Shown in pieces: positions 39,458 to 52,657 of a stretch of 64,000 nt of DNA. Numbering within the stretch: position 1 is the first letter of the stretch; each line of letters opens with the position of its first letter. Made by a program: the position numbers and the translations under genes. The notes under the pieces were generated by a model. It did no database searches. It was not told where the DNA came from and saw only the letters and a program-made list of their open reading frames with translations. The stretch comes from Eledone cirrhosa (lineage: Eukaryota). The stretch is taken from the NCBI GenBank assembly GCA_964016885.1, contig OZ024741.1, forward strand, positions 223,944,001-224,008,000, in the 5' to 3' direction.

Positions 39458-42400
39458 AATATGTGTGAGAGAGAGAAAAAGAATTGTTTTTTGTGAAAAA
39501 GAAAGTTTTTCCTCTAATTATAAACAAGTAAAATATTAATTATATTTAATAGTTTGTCATTTGTTAAATTTATTCAATTTATTTCGTCATGCTGTATATA
39601 TGTAATTAAATACCGCACAGATTATATATATATATGTATATATATATGTGAGAGAGTGTATATATGTATTTATATATATATATACACTCTCTCATACACA
39701 CATGTATATATATAAACTTATAAATAAAACATTTAGAATGTCATATTGGTGGTTATTTCTAATTAAACCGTGCAATTTACACGGGGTCAGTTAGTATAAT
39801 CTTTAATGTTCGAATATAACATTAACATTAAATTACAAATGTGACATACCATAAAAAGAGAAGTAACTGAGACAAACATAGAAAAAGTATGTCCAACGCC
39901 ATGCTCTCTTAAACCCACCTCGTTCTTTATTATGTCATTCCGTTCATAGCAACAATAACTTATATCTGGTTATGTCTGTCTTATCTTTCTTTCTCTAGCT
40001 ATCTACCTTTCACACTCACTCTTTCTTTAGTTATCTCTTTCTCTTGTTCTTTCTACCTCCCATTCTCTTCCTCTCTCTCTCAAGCCTTCTTCTTCGTGTA
40101 TTTCTCTTCTGTTCCTAGCTTTCACTCTCTAATTCAGCTCTATATTCCCATCATTCGCACTCTGTTATTTCTTCTCTGTATCATTCCATTCTCCCTTCCT
40201 CTGTTGTAGCTCCCTTTTATCTCCTCCCTCTCTTTGTCTCAGCAATAATTAGTTTTCATGACATTTAAAGAAGAGAAAGAACTTCATAAAAACCAAATCT
40301 GAAAAGTTAAAAACAACAACAACAAAAAACTGGAAGACATGGGACGACTTCATCTAGGAAGAAAGTTGATCGTCTGCTAGACAAAAAGTAAGTAACCATA
40401 AGCAATGGCCAATGACATTGGATAACTTCGGTCATGTCACCACAGCATCACTACTATTTTAAACCGAACCATCATTCACTAGCATCTCTAGCAATACCAC
40501 CACCATCATTACTACCACTGTTTCCCCGCTCCTCTGTGAACACCACTATCGCCATCTTCTGCCACCACCTTCACCATCACTATCACTACAGCAACAGCAA
40601 CATTTTTAACTTCGACAGTTGTCGGCAATTGCCGTGGTGGCCGTCGTAACATTTGAAACAAATACAGCCGAGACTATGATGGGAGGAAAAAAACAAACTT
40701 ATCAATTTGCTACGAAATGTTAACTGAAATAATTTTCAAACGTAACAAACTCGATAGTTTTTTTGGTGGGGAGGAGGATAAAAGGATTTAAGAAGAAGGA
40801 GAAAAAAACAAACAGTTTTGAAGAAGAAAATTAAAGCTGTAACTTCCCATCAAACCAGCCATGTTAAGAGTTAATAGAAGCTTATTAGGTCTCCTTTCTT
40901 TATTAATGTTACAACCTCTTTCTCTTTCTCTCTATCTCCCCTATCTGTCTCTCTCTCTTGTTTCTTAGTTGCTCTTTTTTCTCTTCTTTTCTGACTCTCA
41001 CTCCTTCATTTCTATATTCACTCTAATTTTCCCTCCCTAAACATACTCTATTGCTCTAAATCCTTCTCTCTCTCTCTCTCTCTCTCTCTCAGTGTGTATA
41101 TATATTTATATATATACACACACAAACTCTTCCCATTCCGCTCTCCATCTTGTTTTCTTATTTTCCTCTTTCTAACTCTTTTCCTCCTCCCCTATATCTC
41201 CTACTATATCCTCAGCTCCTCCAGACTCCCTTCCTCCCATATAACTACACTACTATATCCACAGCTTCCCTCTCTTCCCCTCCTTCCTTATAACTCCTAC
41301 TATGTCCACATCCTTCCCTCTTCCCCCCCTCACGTATAGCCTCCATTATATCCACACCTCCCCCTCTCCACAGCATACAACAACATCAAAGTTACCAAGT
41401 GAAATTTATGCATGGCGAGAGTTGTGCTTTGAATGGTTAATTACTTTACACGCTTGGATCCAGATAGATTTCTTCATATGCATTCGATTTTCCTCGGAAT
41501 ATAACAAAGGTAAAAACAACAAAAACAAAACAGGAAACAGTGAAATTAGTTCAATTTGATTTTATTATTCTGTCCCCCGCCATCACTACACGCATATATC
41601 TCCGGATATATACCATAACACTCTGATTCATCCATCATTCTTTGCAAGAGTATCTGGAAATTTTCATCTTTTTCAGGACAAGATGAAAAATGAAATTGAA
41701 TTTTTATTTTTAAAAAAAACATAAAAGATAAAAGAAAATTTATAAAAATATCGCAAACAAAATAAGTATATAAATCAAGGGAAAAAGAAAGAAAAGAAAA
41801 CAAAGACCCCCACCACCCCCTCTCCTTTACAAATACAAACATCACCACCACCATACCTCATTGAGATATATAAATTGTTTCTGATGATATGTAAATTTCT
41901 CTATCGGTTAAATCTATAGAAGACGATGGTGGTGAACGACGGAGAAAGATGAGAGAGAAAAAGAGAGAGATTTTAAAGAGATTAGAGATTCTTGGCATCT
42001 AGTTGTTATTGTTTTATTATTATTGTTGTTATTATTTATTGTGTTCTTTGATGGCACAGAAAGAAATAATCATTTCAAGATTGTACTGAAGTACGTATAG
42101 CCTGCAATTTAATAATGATTTCTAATAAACGGGGTGGTGACGATGATGGTGGTAATTCTGGTGTTGATGGTGGTGGTGGTGGTGACGATGATGGTGGTGT
42201 TGACGATGGCGATGGTAATTCAGTTGGTGGTAATTCTGGTGGTGGTAGAGGTGGCTAAATGTATTTAGTAACACCACCCATTCACCTGCGTCTCCCTCTT
42301 CCACTCTGCATATGCACTGAGCTCAGATCTCACTTTGACATTCTGGAGAGCTTCTATATGTGGTCAGCCTACCTGTTAAAAACAGCAGCCAAATTCCCTC

Positions 42401-43004
42401 AAATTGCACCAAAAAAAGGAAAGACACTTATAATAAATGTGGTCAGTCCTAAATATGCAAACATGACTGGATGGCCACAACTAGAACACCTTTAATCATG
42501 TCTGCTCAATCAGTGTCGACATGGGGCTAAACAACCATTAAATTATTTCGAAGCAACGGATGAACTTTGATGTGGTCAGTTGACCTGCTAGAAATAAAAA
42601 CCAAATCTCCCCCAAATCTGTTGTTTTCATAGCCGAAGGGAACGGACTTCTGCAATGAAAACATCGTTTACGTCCGTTCCCTTGTCTTTAAATTGAATTG
42701 CCTCGGAAATGTAACCTATTACATAAGATGCTGTCTGATGATATTGTGCCACTGTTTGTATAATTGAAAAATCACGTAGCCACGATCGCCATTGAAATAT
42801 GTATCACAGCTTTGTTAATAAAGGATTTTTCAACATCTACACCGAACTTCGTATTTTCCTTATTTTACATTTACTCCGTCACTGACTGACAAATCATATT
42901 TGGAAGAAAATACATGATGTTGAGTGCTTAAATCGAATTGCATCATTATTAACTGATTGGTGTGTTGCATACGTAACCCCGGTTAATCAACATGTTTACC
43001 ATAA

Positions 43005-43050
<46 letters not shown>

Positions 43051-43124
43051 ATTTATTGTAAGTGTAAATGTCTTTACTTTAAGCTTTAAATTGTTCAGTG
43101 TGTAGTGTTTGTATGGACCCTTAA

Positions 43125-45690
43125 CTCTTCATGGGGTTGCAGGGACGCCGTAGTGACATACGGCGTATCGTGGGTATTTTTAAAAACCTGGCGGAGCCCA
43201 TCCCTTCTCCATGTCTGAACACAGCCGATTTCTTCCAGAAAAAGGGGAAAGGCAGTGAGAAAGTGACATCGAAGAAGAATCGACCCTGGTGCTGAACTCC
43301 TACTTTATTTATCGACTTCTAAAGAATGAAAGGCAAAAATTGATCTCAGCAGAATTTGAACTCAAAGAGCCAAAACTACTACCGCAAAGGATTCTATCCA
43401 ACGTTCTAACATCTCTGCAATTTGCCGTTTAGTCCAGGGTACACAATGCCTTAAAAAAGTAGGATGGTCATGGCTGGGATGTTTTTGGTCATAGTTATGC
43501 CCTATCAGTATCGACTTAAAACTGGATTTGCAGAATCGGTGGTAATTTTGGACATTCAGTTACACCCCTTAACTTACCCCTTGAGTTCAAATTCCACCGA
43601 AGTCAACTTTGCTTTTCATCCTTCGGGGATCGATAAATAAAATATCAGTCAAGTGCTAAAGTCGATTTAATCTTATTAAAATAAGACACACTGGAACTGG
43701 ATATTCTTACTCACTGCTCCTAGGAGAAACGGGATAGTCACAACTAGAATGCTTTTGATCATAGGTTTGCTTGATCTAGGCTGATCTGGAGCTAACAAAC
43801 AATAATTGAATTAATCAATATTGTTATTTATGAGTTAAAATCTTGATATTGCAACCACTGTATTGTAAATAGTTTACCTTTGTGAAAAAAAAAGCACATA
43901 ACACTTTTGCGTGACTGATAAAAAAAAAACAGGTTTCACTCTTAGTTCACCTAATTTCTCAATCTAAAAAGTTGAAGTAAGTACAAAACTATCATAGTCT
44001 AATATGTTAGAGGATAAGGCGGCAAATTGACTGAGTCGTTAGGACGTTAGATAGGATATTTTACAGTTCTCGTTCCGGCTTTATGCGCTTTCAGCTCAAC
44101 TACCGCCGAGATTAACTTTGCCTTTCATTCTTTCAAGGTCAATAAATGTACCAGTCGATTTTCTGCCTCCCCCTCCTCTCTCTCTCTCTCTCTGGAAGAA
44201 ATCGGCTGCGTTCAGACATGTGGAGAGGACAGGGTCCGCCAGGTTTAAAGTGCCCAAAATTCGTTGTATGTCATTACGATCCCACCAGGAGTTATGGGCT
44301 CAATGATTATGATGATGTTAGCAGATATTCTGAGAAGAGGAAATAATTCAATGTTTTCCTTCGGCTAGTATTTTTACTGGCCACACACTAACATGAAATG
44401 TATTACTAACCAAAGCTTACAAAAAATCCACCCAAACCCTCTTAAAAAACCGCCGGTTTCCTAACATAAATATGTATTTGACGCCGCCCCGTGGAAGGAG
44501 GATGAAAACTGGTCTAACTTCTATGAAATGGAATGTGCGGTGCAAGTAACCAAATAAACACGTGTTTTCGACAGTATCATTCATTCTCTAATGACGTTGC
44601 ATTTTCTTTCACACCATAAACCTTTACGCGGTCATTCGACCTTACAAGAAACAACAGCCAAATTCCCTCAGATCATACATTGCTGCCGTGGTTCCTCAAT
44701 CGTGGCGTACTGAAGATAAAATTAAAATAATAAATACATATAGAAGTAGGCGGCGAATTTGGCAGAGTCGTTAAAACGAATAGAATACTTTGCGGTATTC
44801 GTTCTGGCTCTCTGAGTACAAATCCCAAGGAGGTCAACTTTGCCTTTCATCCTTTCGAGGTTGATAAAAAATAAGGGACCAGTCCAGTACTGGGGTCAAT
44901 TCTTTTTCTATATCGTTTCTTCATTTCCTCTTTATCACATTCTCTTCCCTTCTCTGGAAGAAATCGACTGTATTCAGACGTGGAGAGGAGTGGGTTCTGC
45001 CAAGTTTAAAGTGCTCAAGACGTTTGTTATGACGGCGTCCCTACGATTCCAACAGGAGTTATGGACCTATACGTATTGGCGTACTGCGCATGAAAAGTTA
45101 ATAGAACTCATTTAAAGTTTAACGTTTATCTCGTTTTATTAATCGTATATAGTAAAATTATAAATAGTACGTTTTTCAAAACTCTCAAGTATTGTTAGTA
45201 TGGCTGTTCTTTTGATACGAAACCGCCCCAGGTTCTCCAATATAAAGTTGTTTGTTTTAAAGTGTTTATGTTATCTAAAAACCTTCCATCATAATTTCAT
45301 ATAAGAACTTTTGTTAAGTTATATTCCAAACACCAGCTTGATAATAAGAAGGTAATAAATAGGCGGCCAATTGGCAAAGCCGTTAGAACGTCAGATAGAA
45401 TGGTTTGCAGTATTCATTTCGGCTCTCTGCTCTCTGAGTTCAAATCCGGTCGAGGTCGACTTTACCTTTCATCCATTCGAAGACGATAAAAAAAAGTTTA
45501 GTACTGGGGGTCAATTCTTCCTCTATAGCTCTTTCTCAATTCCATTCTCTCACTCTTTCTATCTTTCTCAGGAAGAAATCTGCAGTATTCAGACCTGGAG
45601 AAGAGATGGGCTCCACCAGGTTTAAAAATACCCTAGAAATGCCGTATGGCAATATGGCGCTTCTACGACTCCCTCAAGAGTTACGGGACA
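43125..45690. mobile_element. Cluster of SINE-A-headed elements with an extended ~130-bp tail (43125-43425 minus; 44017-44300, 44748-45070, 45361-45690 plus)
   Basis: Shared tail tctggaagaaatc.gctgtattcagac.tggag..ggg.tc.gccaggtttaaa...ggagttayggg, also present at 36550-36680. Confidence 0.75.
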
Positions 45691-46164
45691 ATGCATGCAT
45701 ACAATATTATTAAATCTCTCTAAATTGTTCAGTATTTTCAAAATGATTTGAAAATCATAGGCAGTATCCTTTATGGTAACGAATGGGTTAAATTATATAT
45801 TTATATATAAAAGTATAAAATAGAAGGGTATATTGGACAACGTAGTTCTAGATATACAAAACAGTAAAGTCACGACTGGAACGCTTTAATCAGAGCTGGT
45901 ATGGGTTAAACAACAACGATAGCAACATCTATTTTAAATCATACCCCTATCGTCTTTTAAAAAAAAGAAAATTGTTCATTGGGGTTTAAAAATAGCAACT
46001 TCAGTTTGGGGTTTTTTATTTACAGAATAATCGAAACACAAATGTTGGGGTTGAACTGGTCGGCACGGTCCGAGTAAGTTCTTATTTGTAGTAACTACCC
46101 GCCTTGATAGATCGGTGGATCATTCTCGCTAAGTGCGTTCCATTTTTGGCATATTTTTACGGTA

Positions 46165-46465
46165 GCTGACTGGTACTTTTTTTATCGCCCCTGGAAGTAT
46201 GAAAGATAAAGTTAACCTCGACGGGAATTGAACCCAGAGCGTGAAAGGGCCGGAACAAAAGTATCCCCACATCTAATTTTGGCACAAATCCAGTAATTTT
46301 GTGAGGAAGGGAAATCGATTACACGGACCTCAGTATTGGACTGGTACTTTATTTTATCGACCTTGGAAATATGAAAGGCAAAGATGATCTCGATGGAAAT
46401 TGAACTGAAATGGTTACGAAGCATTTTGTCCGGCACTCTAACGATTTTGCCAATTTACCGTCTTT
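46165..46465 (-). mobile_element. Two older SINE A fragments
   Basis: gactggtacttt..ttatcg...atgaaag..aaag occurs twice. Confidence 0.7.
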
Positions 46466-49154
46466 TCTCCACAACAATAGCAACAAATCATTAATTCAAC
46501 CATAAAGAATGCTTTGATATAAATTATTTTATTGGTTTCCGTCATTGAAATGAAGTCGTGGTTTTAGTCAACCCCAGTACTTACTTTTAAGCCTGATATT
46601 TATTTCATCGATCTCCTTTTGTCGAACTGTTAAGTTACGGGAAATAAACAGCCATGTAAATACAAACACACACACACGCGCGCGCGCGCGCTTGACGGGC
46701 TTTTGCACAATTTCCGCCAACCAAATTATAGTAATGTGAAGGCGCACGACTTAGTGGTTAGAGTGTTAGATTCACAATCGTGAGATTCAATTCTCAGACT
46801 GGGTGATGCGTTGTGTCCATGAACAAGACACTTTATTTCACGTTGCTCTTTCTGCCAGGAGTTGCGACCGGTAGATAGTATCAGCAATGAAAATACCAAT
46901 GGAAACATTGTTTCCTTGGTCCAATCAGACGAGGTCCACCCCACTCAACAAGCGAATGAGGTGTGAAATCTTGTCGATCGATCAGGGTGGGAGAAATTTC
47001 ACTTACATGGCATTGGTCAACCCGTACCACGCTGTGGGGCCGAACCCGAGATTACATCGTTGCTAAGCGAACTTTTTAACCACGTAGCCATGCCTGTGCT
47101 TGGTAATGTTTTTTGCTATTTATTTATATATATTTTTTTTAATTCTATCTCTATCTATTTTTATTTAGTTAATAATTTCAGGTTTTCATGTTGAATAGAT
47201 GATGATTCAAAATATTAGGGGCAATTTAATGGTAGCGGTGGGGGTGGGGTTTGAAAATAGTTTCCAATATCTTAGAAAAATCACACACCATCATAAATTG
47301 TTGCTTCGTAAATTCAATGCGTCTTTCAACATGTTTACTCGTGTTGAAGCAGACCAGCAACCAACCCGTCTCTTCAATTCCTCGTGATTATATTTGATTA
47401 ATACCACTAATACATTGGGGATTGATTAAATTGACTATACCTATTCTTTGCCAAAATTGGCCGCGTGCCTAATCAAATGAAATCAATAATTTTCTGATAA
47501 GAGAACGCTAATAATCATGACCATGATAGTAAGTAGTATAAGCCAGACTGGATACTTCAGACTACACATCTCTCTATTTTCGTTACATATAAGGACACAG
47601 CTATATGTAAAATGTTATCTTTAGTTTGGTTTAAAATAGAACAGTTAAATTGAATGCTGCTACTCTGCCGGTTTTAGATACAAGAAACACCTTAAAACAA
47701 GACGCTCAGCCCGTGAATTAAATAAAGGTTCACCAACAATCAGCAGTTAAGCCAGATAAATAAGCTGTGATGAGGAAATATTATTAAGCAGCATTGTGAT
47801 ACTGATACAGAATATTGATTTCCCGCTCTGGCACGAAGCCATAAGTCTGTAGAGGAGAGAAATATTCGTGTAAACCGTTGTCGTTGTCGATGACGACGAT
47901 TGGAGTTCAACTTTGGTTCCAGATGAGTGAACTTAAACACTGTAAAACATTTTACTCAATTTGTTTGTCACGAGCCAAGGAAAGAGGCCTCTGAGTGGTT
48001 TCTTGACCCGCTGTAAACAGTAGTCAAATCTCCCCAAAAGCAAATACTTTGTTTATAGATGTGTTGTATCAAGGCTGATTTGCGACATAATTATTTCTGT
48101 CAAATGGAATCTCTATTTCTATAAAATATATTATTGCGCTATAATCGTTTTTGTTCAGTCCCAGATCAACACAATCCATGACCATCCAATCTTTTTAGAT
48201 GAATGCCTGCCTCATCCCATCCTCAAATCTGAGGGTCGGGGCTCATGGACTTATGGATCGGCACTCTCCCTCTTTTCCTGTCTCTTGCCATACATTCCGC
48301 CAAACTCCTTCCTGTCCATCTCTTTTTCCGCCGTCCCCTGGCCCTTTTCCCTCAAGGATGTGGGTAGTCAAATTTTGGGCCCTATAAATAACGTGAAGGC
48401 ATGTTGCCTAACTGTTAAGGTGTTGTACTTACGATAGTAATGTCGTAGATTCGATTCTTGGACCGGATGGCGCGGTGTGTTCTTGAGTAAAACCCTTGAT
48501 TTAGTTGGAAATGAGTGCTGGCAGTAGCTGGGGGTAAACTCCAGACAGAAGTATCAGCACTTTTCCGATGTCAGGAAGTGGAATTTTAACATATATCGCA
48601 AAGCATCGCGTCCGACTAATCAACAATCCCAGAAGGGATGAAAGGCATAGTTGACTTCAGCGGTTGACTTCACTCACAATATAGAATGACTGAATAAATA
48701 CCAAGACATTTAATTTGACGCTTTGTCGTCTATGCCTATTAGCTCCCTATGATTAAAAGGGTCCACCCCGCCGAGTGGACACGTAGCGGCTCCAATACCA
48801 GTAATATATACAGTCGATCATATTTCTCCAATAAAGAATTAAACAAACATTAATCCTGTCCCCCATTAAAAAAGAATCGCTAATTATCTCGTTATTGTCT
48901 CTATGTAAAAAGTCAGAACATCATATAGAAAGCTTTGCCGTATTCGTTTTGACTCTTTACGTTCTCTGAGTTCAAATCCCAGCGAAGTCAACTTTGCCTT
49001 TTACACTTTCGGGGTCGATAAAAAAAATACCAATCTAGTAATAGTGTCGAGTCTTCTATATCGGTTTCTCACTTCTTCTCTACCACATTCTCTTTTGTTT
49101 GATAAGCTGAAAGAAGCTGAAGTATCGGTTGCTTTCTGATAGGTTTTATTGTGA

Positions 49155-49586
49155 ACCTCACATCTGGCGGCGTCAGCCGAAATCGACTCAACAATTGATC
49201 TACTCGTGGGTCAGTCATTCATTGCTGTTGCCAAATCCTGGATTTCAATACCAGAATCTATGTAAATGACATCGGGATAGGAGAACTTGCGCCCTTGTTA
49301 TTAGTGACTGCTTGTGGTTTCCAAAGCACTAATGGCGACACAACCTCAGAGGTGGCACGATGGCAGTGGCCAGCAAATCGTACTCTCCTTTTATGTACAA
49401 CGACAGATATACGTCGGAAGCCGGCATATATTTCTTTCAAAGTCAGATGTCGCCAGCTTATGTTCTGAATGCGTTGAAGTAGGCGAGTCTAGGTGCCATC
49501 AAGGCGCTTTTGTTGTTTGGATGAAAGCGTCCATGTTTCACTTCCATATAGTAAGATTGGTTGAATTGTTACTTGGAAGAGTCTGA
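49155..49586 (-). mobile_element. RTE-type LINE 3' fragment, related to the 34561-35430 family
   Basis: RLFQVTIQPILLYGSETWTLS...LKEIY...RRVRFAGHCHR...LVLWKP...DSGIEIQDLATAMND. Confidence 0.85.
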
Positions 49587-49834
49587 ACCTCTAGCGGTGG
49601 ATACTTCTGGCGTTCTTGGTTCCCCGTATCACCTCCCTACTCACTGCTACCGGGATAAAGTTGGTCACCTGCAAGAGTGAGCCCCACGTATGCGAATGGT
49701 TATTTCAACGCGTCTCCCTCGTTATTCTCCGGAGTAACGCTTTCGTCATTCTATCTGTTGGGATCTCGAGGTGGTTAACATCTAGGGTTCAGCACGCCAG
49801 AGTGCGTCCCCCCACACTATCCAGGCTTGTGTAA
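49585..49834 (+). mobile_element. CRE-like (restriction-like endonuclease) non-LTR retrotransposon C-terminal fragment
   Basis: EPLAVDTSGVLG, a frameshift, then PRITSLLTATGIKLVTCKSEPHVCEWLFQRVSLVILRSNAFVILS. This fits the P.AVET.G..G...EP....LFQRLS..I.RGNA..IL C-terminal motif of CRE-type elements, recalled rather than searched. Confidence 0.7.
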
Positions 49835-49964
49835 TTAGGGTAGCAATGGTTTAGGTTACTGATAGGATAAAGCTGATTGTACTTAATGCAACCAAATTTA
49901 TACTATCAGCAATTTAAACTACTCGGGTAAAAAATCCGGTTGAAAAACCTTTCATTATTCTTTA

Positions 49965-50100
49965 GGCGGTGGATTAGCAGAATCGGTAGAGGGTCGGACG
50001 CCATGCTTTCCAGCATAGTTACGTCCCTTTACGATCTGAGTTCAAATCCCGCCGAGTAATGCACTGGGTAATTGCTGGCCTTGTGCCTAATGTAGAAACA
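49965..50100 (+). mobile_element. SINE family A, internally deleted, 12-bp TSD ATTATTCTTTAG
   Basis: TSD at 49954-49965 and 50101-50112. Confidence 0.9.
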
Positions 50101-50483
50101 ATTATTCTTTAGAGACAACGGCATACGCTGTGTGCAGTTCCGGATTTAGGACAAATGGGGTTCTGTACTAGTTAAGTTATGTGACTCCTTACTTGGGCTC
50201 TGAAGGAGGTAAAAATATTTTTGGGCAGGAAGATGATCCCCGGGCAACGGGGCCCTGTGCTTAAGCACAATGGCAAATCCAGAACTGGTTGTGTGTCGAC
50301 AAATGTTATAGATGTCAGCAACCTATACCAACGATAGACATTGCCTGTAGATATTGACTGATTAGATAGATACACACTATAAAGTTGGTGCTGGACTCGC
50401 TAGAATATACTCTGATGATGATAATTAGACTTCACATGGTATTTACTTCATAGTCTCCTTTTTATTATTATTGTTATTAGAAG

Positions 50484-50705
50484 GGCGGTGGATTGGCAGT
50501 ATCGGTTAGAAAGTCGGACACCATTCTTTACAGCATAGAGTTATGGCCTTTTACGTTTTGAGATCAAATCCCACCGAGGTTAGCTTTGCTTTTCGTCCGG
50601 GGTCGATAAAATAAAGTACCAGTAATGCACTGAGGCCGATTTAATCGACTTTCCCCCGCCTCCAAATTGCTGGCCTTGTGCCTAAAGTAGAAACAATTAT
50701 TATTA
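50484..50705 (+). mobile_element. Full-length SINE family A with (ATT)n tail
   Basis: ggcggtggattggcagtatcgg...gtcgataaaataaagtaccagt...cctaaagtagaaacaattattattat. Confidence 0.85.
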
Positions 50706-50894
50706 TGCGTTTCGTTTTGTTTATTTATTTCTATCATTCCATCAAGTGAGAAAAAAAAAACGACAAAACAAACAAACAAAAACCAACGGAAGGTTAAAGT
50801 AACCTGATATCAGATCGGAATTTGGTATCCATAAAATTCTTCAAAAACTGTAAATGTTCAACGACTGGCCCACCACCTTAACTAGAATTATCAT

Positions 50895-51105
50895 AGCCCA
50901 ATCGATCGAAACTTCGCGATTGATAAAATGTAAAACGTCTAAGAAGACGCATGCGTATTAGGATCAGTAAATGTTAATATCCGAGCGATGCAAGTTGAAA
51001 GAAATTGTTCTGACTGCTGAAGTCAATGTACTAAGGCGTAAACAAAAGCACCAGGGTAGGTTGTGCGTTAAATTCTCACGTCTGGTTTTTTTCTTTCGGG
51101 TAAGT
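50895..51105 (+). promoter_or_regulatory. Candidate promoter and non-coding first exon
   Basis: Locally CpG-richer unique DNA with CCAAT (~50898), palindromic ACGCATGCGT (50947-50956, NRF1/EWG-like), TCAGT Inr-like motif (50964) and donor GG|GTAAGT at 51100. Confidence 0.3.
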
Positions 51106-51148
51106 TATTTGTTATATATACATACACACACACACACACAATATATAC

Positions 51149-51205
<57 letters not shown>

Positions 51206-51585
51206 CACTGTCTCAAAAGTGAAACTAATTTTTGACAGTTACAATTGTGTACATGCATATATATATATACATCTACAATTGTGTATGTGTGCATAAATAT
51301 ATATATACATACACATATATATATATACAGACACATATATATACACACAAACACATATATACACACAAACATGTATATACGTCTAAACCCATGCTTGCGT
51401 GGAAGATAGACGTTAAACGATGATGATGACACAAACACATATATATATACAAACACACATATATATATATATACATACACACACATATATACACACCCAC
51501 ACATATATTAAGAAAAAAAACAAACAAATTCACAATCGTAACTGTCAAAAATTAGTTTCACTTTTGAGACCGCCCGTCTTGACGT

Positions 51586-51693
<108 letters not shown>

Positions 51694-51694
51694 C

Positions 51695-51839
<145 letters not shown>

Positions 51840-52084
51840 CATGTATATATATATGTATATATATATGTATATATATATATGTATATATATATCGTTTCTG
51901 AATTTGTTTAGCAAGATTCTTTATCTGAAAACGTGGGTTGAAAGCGATATTGTTATGCTTTGGGAGGGTCATGTTGCCAATAAGAAACACACGCACCATG
52001 CTTTCACTCCAATTTATTATAAATTAAATTTATAAATTTACGGTTCGTTGGTTGGTTCCATAACCGGACGGTTGTTCATATATT

Positions 52085-52127
52085 GTCAAAGTTCTTTCGT
52101 CACACATTCTGTGACCTCTTCAGTGAC
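52085..52127 (-). ncRNA. Minimal type I hammerhead ribozyme in the inverted pLTR
   Basis: gtca-CTGAAGA-g-gtcaca gaatg tgtgac-GAAA-gaacTT-tgac: 4-bp stem I, 6-bp stem II, vestigial stem III, CUU triplet. Confidence 0.7.
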
Positions 52128-52614
52128 TGGGGATTCTTTTCTTTGTTTTTGTGCCTCTCCTTTGTTCTGTCCTACGCAGAACGGTTAAATGAACACTGGC
52201 GAGAACTTCTAGATAGAAAAGAATCATCTGTACTCCACCAACATGCTAAAATAGAACATAAGGGCAAATTAGAGAACATAGAAATAAAAATAGAATCTAC
52301 ACACAGAAAAGACGCAATGTTTAGACAAATCACAGAGGCAATAAACATAAATGAACTCCAACCAAAATTAAATAGAAAACATGAATGGAATAGCAACATA
52401 ACAACTTACAATTAAGGACAAAATGAAAACACACACACACATAGAACAAACAACCAACCAGTAACATGTAAATAAACAAATAAATAAACAAATATAAACG
52501 CACACAGACACCCGGATGTAACACATGCGCAAACTAAGCACACAACACACACAAAAACAAGATGGCGTAGGACAGAACAAAGAAGAGGCACAAAAACAAA
52601 GAAAAGAATCCCCA

Positions 52615-52657
52615 GTCACTGAAGAGGTCACAGAATGTGTGACGAAAGAACCTTGAC
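52615..52657 (+). ncRNA. Minimal hammerhead ribozyme in the direct pLTR (U16.1 changed to C, probably inactive)
   Basis: gtca CTGAAGA g gtcaca gaatg tgtgac GAAA gaacct tgac. Confidence 0.65.

Noticed and set aside
38036-39539. 435-458 aa repeat proteins or a CRISPR-like array
   Set aside because: Pure tandem 54-mers with no unique spacers and no cas genes; eukaryotic context.
39765-39797. Helitron-like 3' end (ccgtg-caattta-cacgg hairpin then ttagt)
   Set aside because: Only a 5-bp stem, imperfect CTAG, and no matching 5' end identified.
47740-47950. Minus-strand exon after a ttttacag acceptor
   Set aside because: All frames stop within about 70 codons, with no recognisable protein or clear donor.
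49590-49860. Putative 5' UTR of the adjacent RTE (internally deleted LINE)
   Set aside because: The plus strand encodes a CRE-like C-terminal motif, so it is a separate element abutting the truncated RTE.
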